Of a DNA stretch of 64,000 nucleotides, positions 51,280-63,780 are shown piece by piece. Position numbers and translations under genes: made by a program. Below the pieces are notes generated by a model. The model was not told the origin of the DNA and ran no database searches. It worked only from the letters and a program-made list of their open reading frames with translations. Numbering within the stretch: the stretch's first letter is position 1; every line of letters begins with the position of its first letter. The DNA comes from Camelus ferus (lineage: Eukaryota): NCBI RefSeq assembly GCF_009834535.1, contig NC_045697.1:89964001-90028000 (forward strand). Reading direction: 5' to 3'.

Positions 51280-54200
51280 GCTACTTTAGGTTCTGGTCAG
51301 CATGTAAGGAGCTTAGAAGTCACCACTTCATGCTAACAAGTAAAAAGTTGAACAAATTATAAAATTTGATCCATCAGAGAAGTGAGATCACAAGGCAAAA
51401 TACTATCCCCAAAATTAGAGAGACAAGCAGATAGATACAGAGAATCAGCACTTACCAAAGCAGAAACCTACTAGTAAATACTCCCATGGGAACCAGTCCA
51501 GGGTAGGAAAATCTAAACTGTGATGGACAAATTGCTGGAGGCTCACAGTGAACTAGTCTGCAAACTAAAGACTCCAAGGGGGACGCAGTCATAGGGGAAT
51601 TCACATACTTTTGTGAGTTGTACCTCTAGGAGCTCACAGGTTTTCACAGTGAATATCAGAAAAATCTCCTTATTCTTCTAGCAGGGGGAGGGGGAAAGTA
51701 ACCATTTTGAAATACACTAGAGCATTCTGTTCTTCTTAAGAAGGCCTGATCTCAAGAGAAACTATTTTACCAAAAACTAATCGAATAGGGTTTTATCAGA
51801 ACTTAACCTATCTGCGGAAAGGGAGCTCCAACTCCAGCCTACTTTAGCCAGTCTAGCCCACCTAAGAGGGTATAAGACAACCGAGAGGCATTGGTGAAAT
51901 TCACAGTCCAGGGAAACTAGCTCACCAGAAATCTGAGACTTAATCATAGTGATATAGATGGTTCACCTTTCCCTCTCCCTAAACACCACATTACTAAAGG
52001 CCTATTAACTATAGTTCCTTTAACCCAGTGTATCATGTCCACGGGTCAACAAAAAATTACTAAGCATACTAACAGGCAGAAAAAAAAAAGTTTAAAGAGA
52101 CTGAGCAAACACGAGAACTGAAGTCAGAAATAGCAGGAGTACTGCGCTTAAACTGTGGTTAATATGCTGAAAGAAAGAGTAGACAAACTGGAAAAGGAGA
52201 CAAAATTGAAAGAGTAGATAAAATGGATAATATAAATAGAGAGATGAAAACCCTAAGAAAGAATCAAAAAGAAATGCTAGACATCAAAACCAATGTATCA
52301 GAAATGAAGAATGACTTTGATGGGCACACAAGTAGACTAGATACGGCTCAGAAAAGGATCTCAGGGCTTGAGGATACGACAACAGAAACTTCCAAAACTA
52401 TAAAAAAAAAAAAAAAAAAACCAGAAAAAAAGTAAAAAAGTACAGAACATATAAGAACTGTGGGACAACTACAAAAGGTGCAACATATACCTAATGTGAA
52501 TCTCAGAAGAAGAGTGAAAGGAAAAGAATAAATAGACAAAGAAATAATGATTGAGAATTTCCCTAAATTAATGTCATATATACCAATTATCCAGGAAATT
52601 CAGGGAGCACCAAGCAGGATAAATACAAAAAAGCAAAAAGAAAAACAAAGGAAAAACTACTCCTAGGAATATGATTCATACTACAGAAAACCAAAGATAA
52701 AGAAAAGGTCCTGAAAGAAGCCAGAGGGAGAAAATATTTTTAACTACAGAGGAGTAAAGATAAGAATTACATTTGACTTCTCAGAAGCAAAGCAAGCAAG
52801 CAGAGTAAACTGAAATATTTAAAGTGTTGAAAGAAAAAAAATTAGAAAAAAAAAAACAAACACCACCCACCTGGAAATCTGTACCCTTTGAAACAGTCCT
52901 TCAGAAATGAAGGAGAATTTTTCAGACAAACAAAAATTGAGGGAACCTGTTGTCAGTAGATCTGTCTTGCAAGAAATGTTAAAGTTCTTCTGCAAGAAGG
53001 AAAATTATGTATGTCAGTAATGCAGATCTACATAAAGAAAACAGGAAAAGTAAATAAACAAAATAAAAACTTTTATTTTTCTTATTCTTAATTGAGCTGA
53101 CAAGTAATACTTCATTCAAAATAATATTAGAAACAATTCTGTATATTTATGTGTAAGTGAAATAAATGATAGCAATGATACAAGAAACAAGAGGGAAATT
53201 AGGAATTGTTAATGATAAGGTATTTGCACTACGCATGAAGCAGTACAGTGTTATCTAAAAGTAGACTTGGATTAGTTATAAATATACATATGCAAACTCT
53301 TGAGCAAACACTAAAAATGTAATAAAAAACTCTAATTTATATAAGAAAGGAGAGAAAATATAATCATAAAAAATGCTCAGTTAAAACCATGAAAGTCAGA
53401 AAAAGTGTGAAAGACAAAAACAGGAACAAAGAACAAGGGCAACAAATAGAAAACAGTAACAAACAGTACAGATATTAATTGAATTATATCAGTAACTACT
53501 TTAAACATAAATGGTCTAAATACACCAATTAGAAAAATAGAGACACTGTCAGAGAGGAGTCCTCCAAAAAGAAAAAAAAAGACCTAACTATACATTGTCT
53601 GGAAGAAACCCACTTTTATATAAAGATAATTATAAATTAAAAGGATGGAGAAATATATACCATGTTAACACTAATTAACAGAATGAAGAAGCAGCTATAT
53701 TAACTTCAGATAAAGCAGTCTTCAGAGCAAGGAAAGTTATCAGGGATAAAGAGGGAAATTACAAGATGATAAAGGGATCAATATTACAAAAAGATACAAT
53801 AAAAAGTATGTGCCACTACACACCTATTAGAATAATCAAAATCCAAAACACCAATACCACAAAATTCCATTAAGTATGTGAAATAACAGGAACTCTCATT
53901 CACTGCTGGTAGGAATGCAAAATGGAACAGCCAATTTGGAAAACAATTTAGCAGTTTCTTACAAATCTAAACATACTCTTACCATGTAATCTAGCAATCA
54001 TGCTTCTTGGTATTTGCCCAAATAAACTGAAAGCAGCCTTATTCATAATTGACAAACCTTGGAAGCAATCAAGATGTCTTTAGAAGGCAAATGGATAAAT
54101 GTACTGCGGGACATCCAAATAATAAAATATTACTCAATGCTAGAAAGAAACGAGCTATCAAATCATGAAAAGAAATGGAGGAAACTGAAATACATACACT

Positions 54201-54655
54201 ATGTGAAAGAAGCCAATCTGAGAAGGCTACATGCTGTATAATTCCAACCATATGACATTCTGAAAAAGGCACAAGTATGGAAACAGTAAAATGTTTAGGA
54301 GTTGCAAGAGTTAGGGGCGAGGGAGGGATTAACAGGCAGATCACAGAGGATTTTTAGGGCAGTGAAGCTATTCTGTACAATATTACAAATGATGGATATG
54401 GGTTACTATACATTTCTTAAAAACCTACAGAATGTACAAAACCAAGAGTGAACCCTCATAAAAACTATGGATTTGGGATGATAATGATGTGTCCATATAG
54501 GTTCATCAATTGTAACAAATGTACCACGGGATGTCCAAAGTTGGAAGCTTGTATAGGTGTGGCAGTGGCAGTATGTAGAAATTCTGTTATTTTCTGCTCA
54601 ATTTTGCTATGAATCTAAAACTGTTCTAAAAATAAAGTTTATTAAAATTTTTAAA
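51280..54655 (+). mobile_element. L1MC-like element with 5' UTR, ORF1, EN start, large internal ORF2 deletion and 3' UTR
   Basis: ORF1p-like REMKTLRKNQKEMLDIKTNVSEMKNDFDGHTSRLDTAQKRISGLED; EN sequence jumps at ~53810 to the ORF2 end; 3' UTR ...aaaactgttctaaaaataaagtttatt. Confidence 0.85.
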
Positions 54656-55970
54656 AGATTATTTCCAATGCTATGCAAATTAGCAGGTCTTGCCAATGTG
54701 CATATTATTCTTTAATAAAGTCAGGCAGTGAGAAAATGAACTATTTGTTAAGGAAAAATTAAACACCATTGGTAAAACAGGATTTTCCAAGGTTCTCTTC
54801 AAAAGAAATTTTTCTTGAGGAAATAATATTGAGAAATTCTATTATACTCTCTCTTAGAAAGCAACAATGCATATTTGCTAATAAGACCTTAAGTAAAGAA
54901 AGTTATTTCATTTGTTTAATTCAGTGCTTATTCATTTAGCACTTACAAAGCATTTCCTTTGTAGGAGGTACTCTTCCAGGCATTTATTCAAATATTAATT
55001 CCTAATTTAATTTGTTATGAGAGTTAACTCAGAATTTTCATAAGAACTTTTTGAGGGAGTCATTATTATTATTCTCATTTTACAAATGAGAAAAAGTGTC
55101 CCATAGATACTAAGTTACTTACGTTAGCGAATAAATTGTGGAGCTGGACTTCAAGTAAACATGCGTAAGCATGGAGCCATTTTTAAATATAAAACAATGA
55201 AAATAAAAAAGATAGTTCTCTGATACACTTTGAGAATTAATGGTACTTCATATTATAGTTTTCAAAAATGTGTCCTTTGGATTTTCTCATTTGGAAGTAC
55301 AATCACCCTAGAGATATGTGTCACACAGATATTTTTAAAATATTAAGTGATTTTTCCAAGATTTCAGAACTCGTAAGTGATGACACTGAAATTTCAATCT
55401 TGGTTTACTGAATTCTGAAGTCTGTTCTCTTTGCAATATGCTTTGCAAGGAAAAATAGAACTTTCTGCTGTGCAATGAAATTGGGCAAGGGGGAGGGGAG
55501 GGCATGATGGGGTGGGTTTAAGACTGGAACTGGATTTGAAGGCCAACTGTAAAATTGTGAGGCGTCTTTCTTCCAGGCGAAGGTGTTTAGATATGCCTGA
55601 GTAGAAGAAAATGGTGATTTAATGAGAGAGTTTTGTTTGTTTGCTTGCTTTGTTTTGTTTTGTTTTGTTTTGTTTTCTGATCAGTGAACAACTGAAGTAG
55701 TTCTCTGTAAAGGTAAATCTACATAATATGAATAATGTTTGGAATAAAAAATGGATGGAAGCTGGTGGAACCACAAAATTATTAAATTAGAATTGTGGTC
55801 TAAAATAAAAGGTCTCATCAAAATAACCAGGATTTTATGCCCCTTAATTACATGAAAGAAGGTTTACATATGAAACATTGGAGTTAACAACAAACACATT
55901 TGCATAAAAATTGAATCACTTTCTCTCTATTCAACATTTTTATATAGCTCTATTATCCTATTTCATCTAT

Positions 55971-56694
55971 AGGTAAAGTAAAGTTCCTTCTTGGCTTCTC
56001 TTCAGGAAGAGAATACTAATTGCTCCTTTGGGTTAGAGAGATTATTGCTACCCTACTGCACACAATGGGGGATGCATGAGCTGTAAATCTACAAGGACTC
56101 TTTTGCTAATCACTCTATGTCCTTTATCTGCATTTTACAGTAAGGGTTTTTTTTTTTTTTCTTAAAAGCACTTGGTTCTTTTCAACTTATTTTAAAGCCA
56201 ACAAATATAGAAGAACAGGTCTTAATGCAAGTATATAGTACGTTTTCACATGATTAGGTCAACTTGACAAATACTGAGTACTGAAACAGAACTCCAAACT
56301 ATGCCGCTCACAAGGACATAAGCACAGCCTCAGTGGACTTTTCAAGGTTGTAACAAAAACATGCCTCAAGAATCCCTCCAAAAAAAAAAAAAAAAAAAAG
56401 AGGCAAATCTGAGGAATGGATAATCAATTGTGACCATGAAAATATATGCATATGATTTTTAATGTGATTTTTAAATACTGGATAACCAACCCAAAATGGC
56501 TACATATGTTCCCATTTTAGGGTGTAAGTCTTAGAGAAAATGATCTCGTGGGCTAACATATCCACCCACAGACTTGCAACACCCTAGGACTGTTCTCCAG
56601 CAGGCAATGTGCAAACAGGGTCAAGGCACTACAAGGCTCCCCATCCTGGCTTGGGGATCAAGTGCACATTTTGAACCCATTTCTACTGGTGCTG
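55971..56694 (+). mobile_element. hAT (Tip100/Zaphod-like) DNA transposon 3' fragment with transposase dimerisation-domain remnant
   Basis: Decayed LQTMPLTRT..FSRL..KTCLKN motif; TIR-like end actggtgctg; homologous to 63245-63706 in reverse. Confidence 0.6.
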
Positions 56695-56699
56695 TCAGT

Positions 56700-57024
56700 T
56701 TATGAAGCTGCAGGCTGCATGCAGTTTCTATCCTCGTTTCCATTCTCTTGCTTTCAATGTTTTTGGAATCAGTTGCGATTGAAACATCTTGGAAGAAAAG
56801 TTTGGTTTTTTGAACCCCCTGGTTTCAATTATTTTTAAATCTGACGCACAAACACTGCTTTTAAAGATATGTGACTAAAGTGCCAAATAAGGATCTTTTG
56901 ATTTTCTGAAATACATGTGGTTGAAATTTGAGACCTGGTTGCTGCCAAGCTGCAGTTCAGGGAATAGAATACTGGCACAAGAAAACGAGCTGTTGTTCAG
57001 AGAATAATGTTAGAAGGAACTGTC
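56700..57024 (-). pseudogene. Pseudo-exon, DSSF*HYSLNNSSFSCASILFPELQLGSNQVSNFNHMYFRKSKDPYLAL*SHIFK...; 3' end uncertain
   Basis: Strong acceptor tttacattttccttctgcag|, phase 0 matching the previous exon; donor not identified; abuts the hAT element end at ~56694. Confidence 0.4.
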
Positions 57025-57413
57025 CTGCAGAAGGAAAATGTAAATTTTCATGATTTAGCTTATGCTTGCGGGACAATTCCATAATCCTTTGTTAAACACA
57101 TAGAAGTTGAAATATTGACTATCCTGTTGTTTACTCAGGTTCTCAGCTGTAAGTTTCTTATACAGTTAAGTTGGACTTACATTGAATTTTTTATAATAAT
57201 TTTTTAAAAATACATTCACAGAGATACCATGACATACTCAAACTAATTCAAATAAGTCCATACTTTTAACTGTAACCTGAAGGTAACAAGTACTGATTTC
57301 TTTAAGAAAAAAATGCAGTACTTTACAGTAGTACAGACTGTACAACTGGAATTGTGGTAAAATCTTTTAGGCTAAAGTATTATTCAGGGGGAAAGTATCA
57401 AAGTATAATTTAC

Positions 57414-57506
57414 CTGTTTGTGGCAGGTACTCTAAGTGTAATGTAATACATTACAACATTCATTATTTAAGTCCCTACGATTCATCTTCAAGTAGTTTAG
57501 CCGTTG
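57414..57506 (-). pseudogene. Pseudo-exon, 93 nt, QRLNYLKMNRRDLNNECCNVLHYT*STCHKQ
   Basis: ctgttgctttttcttttgatgtgtag| acceptor, CAG|gtaaat donor, phase 0-0, single stop. Confidence 0.55.
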
Positions 57507-58771
57507 CTACACATCAAAAGAAAAAGCAACAGTACTATCATTTTTGACTAGCTAATGATAGATGCCACATCTGGCAAAACATACCAGGAACTCTTATATA
57601 ACTGGAAAGATATAAAAGTTGAAACTAGATTGTGCTGCCAAAGAGGACCATGAACAAATAGCAAATCACACAGGAAAATTAACATGCAATGAAATCAAAT
57701 AGGGGTCATTTTAAGAATCAAGCAGGAAGAGAAAAAGAACTATTTAGATATTTCTAGAATGTATTACCAAATTTTAGTATTGTTTACCTCAGACAATTAG
57801 GACTAGATACTATTACTATTTTTGGTATATCCTACATTGTTTGAATTATTTGTTCAATAAGTGAACTTATATTACTTTAAAAATAAATAGTTATTAAAGT
57901 TGGCTTTTCTCAATTTGACATAAATTTCCAGAATCACCATATTCTTCCAAAAATATTTACTATGCGCCTTGTACTTTATAGTAACATAAAATATATGAAA
58001 ATAATAGGTCTCTTTGGTAACTTATGCTAAGCTGCAGTTATATGACATCAAATCTCCAGATTAAATGCAACAGTTTAAATCAATCAAGTATATTCTTGGC
58101 ATTATAGAGCTGGATGTACAGATAAATTAATGGAATGTTTAGTATTTACCCAGATGCATTAATAGTGTAAGGCACAACCACAAAGATACTATCTACAAGT
58201 ATGAAAGGACAAAACAGATACATATCACATAACTTAAATTCATATGTATTAATATAGTACCATATGAGAAATTATGTGAGAAAATAGTTGAGGATATTAA
58301 GAGCACTTTATGAATACCACGTGTTAATGGGAAGAGTCCAGAGTAGAAAGTGTTATTTTTTCCTAATTTATCTTAAAATTTTTCAGAAAAAAATTGAGAT
58401 TTCAGAAATGCTTTACTTGGAAGCTACATAAATTTTATTAAGTTTAAAAGGAAGACAGATTCCAATTAGAAGCTTGAAAAGAAACCAGGAAGCAGATATT
58501 GATCAACAGAAAAAAGAAATTTTGATATGAGGACCGAAAACTCTATAATTAAAGTGTAGGTTGTTCACCCCGTAGGAAAGCTCACTCTCTTCCAGAACCA
58601 TATTTGGCATTTTTATAAACACCTACTGTTGTCTAAATTATGTTGAAAGTGATTAAGTACCCCTTGTTTTAACCGATTTTTATTCTATCCCTAAACAGAA
58701 AAGTAGGCCTGAAAGAAGAAGGACTTAAGAAGTTTAAGGTGAAAGAAGACCATCATAAATGGCTAACTTAC

Positions 58772-58858
58772 CTTCTAAAGTGTAAGGATTTGATGCAATA
58801 ATCTGTGGTATCAATCTTGTTAAATCACCAGTCTGTAAGAGGAGCTACTCGTATTCCA
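58772..58858 (-). pseudogene. Pseudo-exon, 87 nt (EYE*LLLQTGDL.../YHRLLHQILTL*K)
   Basis: gttctatttcttatag| acceptor and AAG|gtaagt consensus donor; all three frames contain stops. Confidence 0.55.
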
Positions 58859-59040
58859 CTATAAGAAATAGAACAACATTTTTTGTTTTTTAAGTTGACT
58901 AGTTTCATTATTTAAGTAAATGCATTCATGTTGTGTTGTTTACCACCACACTGAACCATGTCTTACGCAGATCCACATGCAGGTGACTTCCAAGCGTTGA
59001 GGACCATTATCTACGACTAAAGACTTCTAAGCCCTCCTAC

Positions 59041-59298
59041 CTGAAGGCATTTATGGTTCAGATTTACAGTACTTAATTTTCATGAACTATATTTAACGTA
59101 AGAATTACTGTTCCTGTTTACTACACACATATATGCGAATTCTGGAGTTTAAGCAGGGTACATGCCTTCATTCAGAGTACAGATTTATCTATTATAGCTC
59201 CAAAAAGCACCTAGAAAAGTGCTTAGTTTTCTTTTGGGCTGAAATAAGGAAATTCATACATAGTTTCGGATTTTATGGACAAAAACAAACTTTCTTTT
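59041..59298 (-). pseudogene. Candidate pseudo-exon (5'-most seen), KRKFVFVHKIRNYV*ISLFQPK...NHKCLQ
   Basis: ccctctatcttcaactag| acceptor, CAG|gtagga donor, 258 nt phase 0-0. Four stops in 86 codons is near random; an alternative donor lies at 58966. Confidence 0.25.
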
Positions 59299-59989
59299 CT
59301 AGTTGAAGATAGAGGGTAAAGCATATAAAAATTACCTCTATTCCCAAAACATAGAAATGATAGATAATGGTTATTTTTTGTTTAAAATATGGAGACAAAT
59401 CCATAAACTAATAGGTATGTAACCATGAAGCAGAACAGGGTAACTTAGAAAAAGTAAAAGGAAGTAAAAGAAAGCAACTGAAAATCTAGTCATGTAACCC
59501 ATGAATACAGAACCAAATATGGGCTATGAGGTCACAAGCTAGACCTATATAAACCCTGGAGCCAGATCTGTACCTTCTTCCAGGAAAAGGGGCAGAAACA
59601 AACTACCAGACTATAGCCCAGCACAGGTGAAAAGTCAGTGGGGTATGGCATGAGCATGCGCCATCACACAGGCCAAGGGTTTTAAGCCAAACACTTACCA
59701 TGTTCAAGCCATACACCTTATAGGCCCAGGGCAGCAATAAACATAAAGCAATTATATAGACAAACCCATACAGGATAAGTCTACAAACAATACTTAGAAA
59801 GAACAAAAGTACATGTATTATTGATGCAACAAATATTTACTGAATACCTACTATATGCTGGGAACTCTGCCAAGCACTAAGGAAAAGGTTTTTAGAAAAG
59901 TAGTTAAAAATCAATGTCCTCCTGAAGCATACATTATGAAATAGCAGGAGTAAGAGAAAACACACAATAAACTGATAAATATGTAAGAC

Positions 59990-61080
59990 GGTTCACTGCC
60001 TCCAATGGGAGAGAATTTGAACCCAGAAAATTAAGTTAACAAAGTAATTTAAGAAAATGTTAAGAGTATGTATGTATGTATGTATCTCAAAGGATAAAAA
60101 GAGAAAAGCTTTTAGGAAAAAAATAATTTGTAGTTATAAAACAGCAGACAGGAAAAAGAACAAAATAGAAATTTGGGAATGAAAAAAATAAAATTAGAGA
60201 AATTTAAAAATCCCTTAAACTATAGGCTCAATATTGCTTAAAGAAATTTAAACACAAAATTAATGAGTTGGAAGACAGAATTGAGGAAATCTCCCAGAAG
60301 CTAACAGAGAGATAGAGAGAGAAGAGAGAGATTGAGATTAAGAGATAATGAAGAACAATTTGAGGAGCTCATCTATCTGCCTAATTCCAGAAAGATAAAA
60401 AAATAAAACAAAACAAAACAAAACAAAAAAATAGAAAGATCATAGAGAGGTAATATTTGAAGCTATAAAAACTGAAATTTTCCTAGAACTAACGATGTGA
60501 ATCTTCAGGTTAAAAAAAATCCACCGAATGCCTAATCTACATCTCTACATGTGAACTTTGCTACTTTCAGCAGCAAAGAAAAAATTTTTAATTTTCCAGA
60601 AAAAGACTAATTTTCTGTAAGGAAACTTCACCAAATAGATTGATGGCAGACTTATTCATAGAAATATGTGACAGAAATCAGACAATAATTATATTTAGAC
60701 AGTGTGGGAAAACTACCTTGTACTTCATTATATGCCTGGTCAGACTATCACTAAAGAGTCAGAATTAATTACATTTTTATAACTCATGGACACAGAAATT
60801 TTACAGTCCCTCACTGAAAAAAAATATATATGTACAAAGGGTATGTGTCAGCAAGAGGAATTAACTATGTAATGTACCACAGAAATAAAGCTTCCACAAA
60901 TTCCACACAATTGATATTCTAAGACTATCTTCTCTCCTCACAGTCCTATAAAGCTAAAAGACAGAAATTAACAAAAGTAAAACAAATCAAAAAAGGATAA
61001 AAGTACTAAATATTTGAAAGCCATAAAAGTCACATCCAAGTAATCCAGTAATCCATGAGCTAAGAATAGAAAATCATATT
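59990..61080 (+). mobile_element. Very old L1 ORF1/EN-region fragments
   Basis: aatgagttggaagacagaattgaggaaatctcccagaa...atatttgaagctataaaaactgaaatttttcctagaact. Confidence 0.6.
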
Positions 61081-61287
61081 ACATAGACCAGGACCACCAG
61101 TAATTTATGATTTGAGCAGTAGTGGTGATAGTGGGCATCACTGTTTAAAATGCTTCTGAAGTTAAAAATTAAGTACCATTATGTGCATTAAGTTTTGGTA
61201 GACACACCACAAGCAGGCTAAGTAAAGTTTCTTCTACTCTTAATACACACATACACAAATACCCATAGACATATGTGGGTAACATAC

Positions 61288-62392
61288 TGAATGTTATTGA
61301 ATGTCTTTTCTGCATCTATTGAGATGATCAAGAATGCTGTTAATAGACATATGGATCAATGGAACAGGATAGAGAGCAAAGAAAAAACCCACAAACTTTT
61401 GGTCAATTAATCTTTGACAAAGGAGGCACGAACATACAGTGTAGTAAAGGCAGTCTCTTCAGCAACTGGTGTTGGGAAAACTGGACAGCTGCATGTAAAT
61501 CAATGAAGTTAGAATACTCCTTCACACCACACACAAAAATAAACTTAAAATGGCTTAAAGACTTAAATATAAGACAAGACTCTATAAACCTCTTAGAAAA
61601 AGACATAGGCAAAACATTCTCTGACAAATCTCAGCAATGTTCTCCTAGGGCAGTCTATCCAAGGAATAGAAATAAAGGCAAAAATAAACAAATGAGACCT
61701 AATTAAACTTTTGCACAGCAAAGGATACCACAAGTAAAACAAAAAGATAACCTACAGAACAGGAGAAAATATTTGCAAAAGATGAGACCGATAGGGCTTA
61801 ATTTCCAGAATATATAAACAGCTTATACAACTTAATAAAAAAACACAAACAAATAACCCAATCCAAAAATGGGCACAAGACCTAAACAAGCAATTCTCCA
61901 ATGAAGACATACAAATGGCCAATAGGCACATGAAAAAATGTTCAATATTGCTAATTATCAGAGAAATGCAAATCAAAACTACAATGAAGTATTACCTCAC
62001 ACCAGTTAGAATGGCCATCATGAAAAAGTTCACAAATGATAAATGCTGGGGAGGGTGTGGAGAAAAGGGAACCCTCCTACATTGTTGCTGGGAACGTAGT
62101 TTGCTGCAGCCATTATTGAAAATAGTACGGAGATTCTCAAAAAACTAAAATTAACTTACCATAGGATCCAGCAATCCTACTCTTGGGCATATATCTAGAG
62201 GGAACCTTAATTCAAAAAGATACATGCACCTCAATATTCATAGTACCACTATTTACAATAGCCAAGACATGGAAACAACCTAAATGTCCATTGACAGATG
62301 ACTTTTATCACTAGTTGTTCTGCAGTTAGTCATGATCTTGGTGTGTCTGTGAGAGGAGATGAGCTCCAGCTCCTTCTGCTTCACCATCTTGA
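61288..62392. mobile_element. Rearranged young L1: short antisense ORF2 piece, sense ORF2 3' segment (61345-62303), antisense 5' end (62304-62392)
   Basis: ORF QLIFDKGGTNIQCSKGSLFSNWCWENWTAACKSMKL on +; reverse complement of 62304-62392 begins tcaagatggtgaagcagaaggagctggagctc (L1 5' start). Confidence 0.8.
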
Positions 62393-62519
62393 AAGGAACT
62401 TCTACTAGCTCTGGTGTATTTTTAAATATTTCACATATTTTCTCAAACACAACCAAATTAGATTTTCTCTCAATGAGATGTTCAACATTAGTATTTGTAA
62501 AATGCCATTTGCTCTTCTT

Positions 62520-63240
62520 TCCTTTTACCAGATTTTTTATTGTATTGAGAAAATAAATTAGAACATGTTAAATATTCAAACAGTATAGTTAGTATACTGA
62601 GAAGAAGTTCTCTAGCCCTCATTTTCCTGCCCAGGAGAACCACTCCTAACAATTACTCTGCATCATTCCAGAAAATGTCCATTTGACCTATGTATTTATC
62701 ATTTTAACATAAATTCAAATAGATTCTAATACTATTCTGGGAACTGATTTTTCTTACTTAAAAATATATTTAGGAGTTTTTTTTTAATGTAAGCACAGAA
62801 ACCAATCTCCATTCTTTTTAATAGTTGCATAATATTCCATGCTATGGGTTTAGCAAGTTAAATGAAATACATTAATGTAGTTGCCAGTTTTTACTGTCAT
62901 AAACAGGGTGGAGAAACCAACGTCCTTGCACGCATGTGTTAGCATACCACATGATAAATTCTTAGAAGTCAAATTGCCTGGTCAGAGAAATGTATATTTA
63001 TATTTTTATAAATATTGCCAAATTCCTATTAAAAGAGAATAAAATAATTCAACTTCACCACCTTTGAATGAGAATTATTATTTCTCCATTCTATACACAT
63101 GTATACTATATATATTAACATATATTTTAGTCTTTAAGAAAGTAGGTGGAAACCAAGTTCTTATCTTAATTTTCTTTTCTTTAATTATGAGCAAGGCTAT
63201 GCAGTTTAACGTGTGGGTAGTCCATTTGCATTTCTTTTAG
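62520..63240 (-). mobile_element. L1ME-type 3' fragment
   Basis: tcttttaatagttgcataatattccat...taaattcttagaagtcaaattgcctggtcaga...tccatttgcatttctttt. Confidence 0.7.
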
Positions 63241-63244
63241 ATGG

Positions 63245-63780
63245 GTTGGTTATCTAATATTAAGAATCACATTAAAAACTATATACATATATATTTGATG
63301 GTCACAGTTACTTTGCCATTCCTCAGATTTGTCCCTTTTTGGAAGGATTCTTGCATCATGTTCTTTTCACAACTTTAAAGTCTACCAAAGTTGTGCTATG
63401 TCCTTGTGAGTAGCATGGTTTAGAGTTCTGTTGCAGTTTAAGCATTTGTCAAACTGACTCAATCATGTCAAAACTGCACTATATAATTGTCTTAAGACTT
63501 ATTATTTTGTGTTTGTTGGCTTTAAAATATTGAGTCGAAAAGAGCCCATGTACCTTTAAGAAAAAGGAGGCCTTATTGTAAAATGCAGATAAAGGATCCA
63601 TCACATTGGCAAAGGATTCCTTGTAGATTACAGCTTCCCTGAGTGTAATAAGGCAGCAATAGTTCTCTCTCCCTGAATGAAGCCAGGAAGGAATTTCACT
63701 GACCTGCTGGTATGTTTTACAAAATTTTCCAAAATGTTATTAGCCTTTTTCTTATTGAGCTGTTATTTGTATAGCTAAAA
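63245..63780 (-). mobile_element. Second copy of the hAT (Tip100/Zaphod-like) fragment
   Basis: Reverse complement aligns with 55971-56500 (agctgtaatctacaagga, cctttatctgcattttaca, tcacaaggacata, aaatctgaggaatgg, tgtgaccat). Confidence 0.65.

Larger units (their letters stand above)
2725..59298 (-). pseudogene. Decayed multi-exon (unprocessed, likely unitary) pseudogene of a large unidentified protein; may extend beyond the called exons
   Basis: About 30 minus-strand blocks with pyrimidine tract + YAG acceptors and GT(R)AG-type donors, lying in non-repeat sequence. Several are fully open in the frame required by the neighbour (36783-36920, 15127-15214, 13719-13786, 3042-3149). Long blocks have few stops (11697-11977, 11132-11543, 25638-25875). 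Disablers: TGA/TAA/TAG codons, probable 1-nt indels, dead splice sites and an L1 insertion. Confidence 0.75.

Noticed and set aside
39200..58858. Myosin-like motifs LVAVNPW and IASNP
   Set aside because: Order is reversed relative to myosin heads and there is no P-loop or switch motif; coincidence
58951..59061. 9-bp inverted repeat (ctgaaccat/atggttcag) suggesting a C/D snoRNA or miRNA hairpin
   Set aside because: No box C (RUGAUGA) next to the stem and no extended pairing
2725..59298. Stop-codon readthrough, selenoprotein or alternative genetic code as an explanation for in-frame stops
   Set aside because: All three stop types occur together with frameshifts, dead splice sites and an exonic L1; neutral decay is the simpler explanation
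63312..63774. Three apparent minus-strand exons with compatible phases (LYK*QLNKKKANNILENF..., EAVIYKESFANVMDPLSAFYNK..., TLKL*KEHDARILPK...)
   Set aside because: Most of the sequence is homologous to 55971-56500 in the opposite orientation, i.e. a hAT transposon remnant, and one 'intron' would be only 65 nt. It shows that chance exon-like patterns occur, hence the moderate confidences elsewhere.
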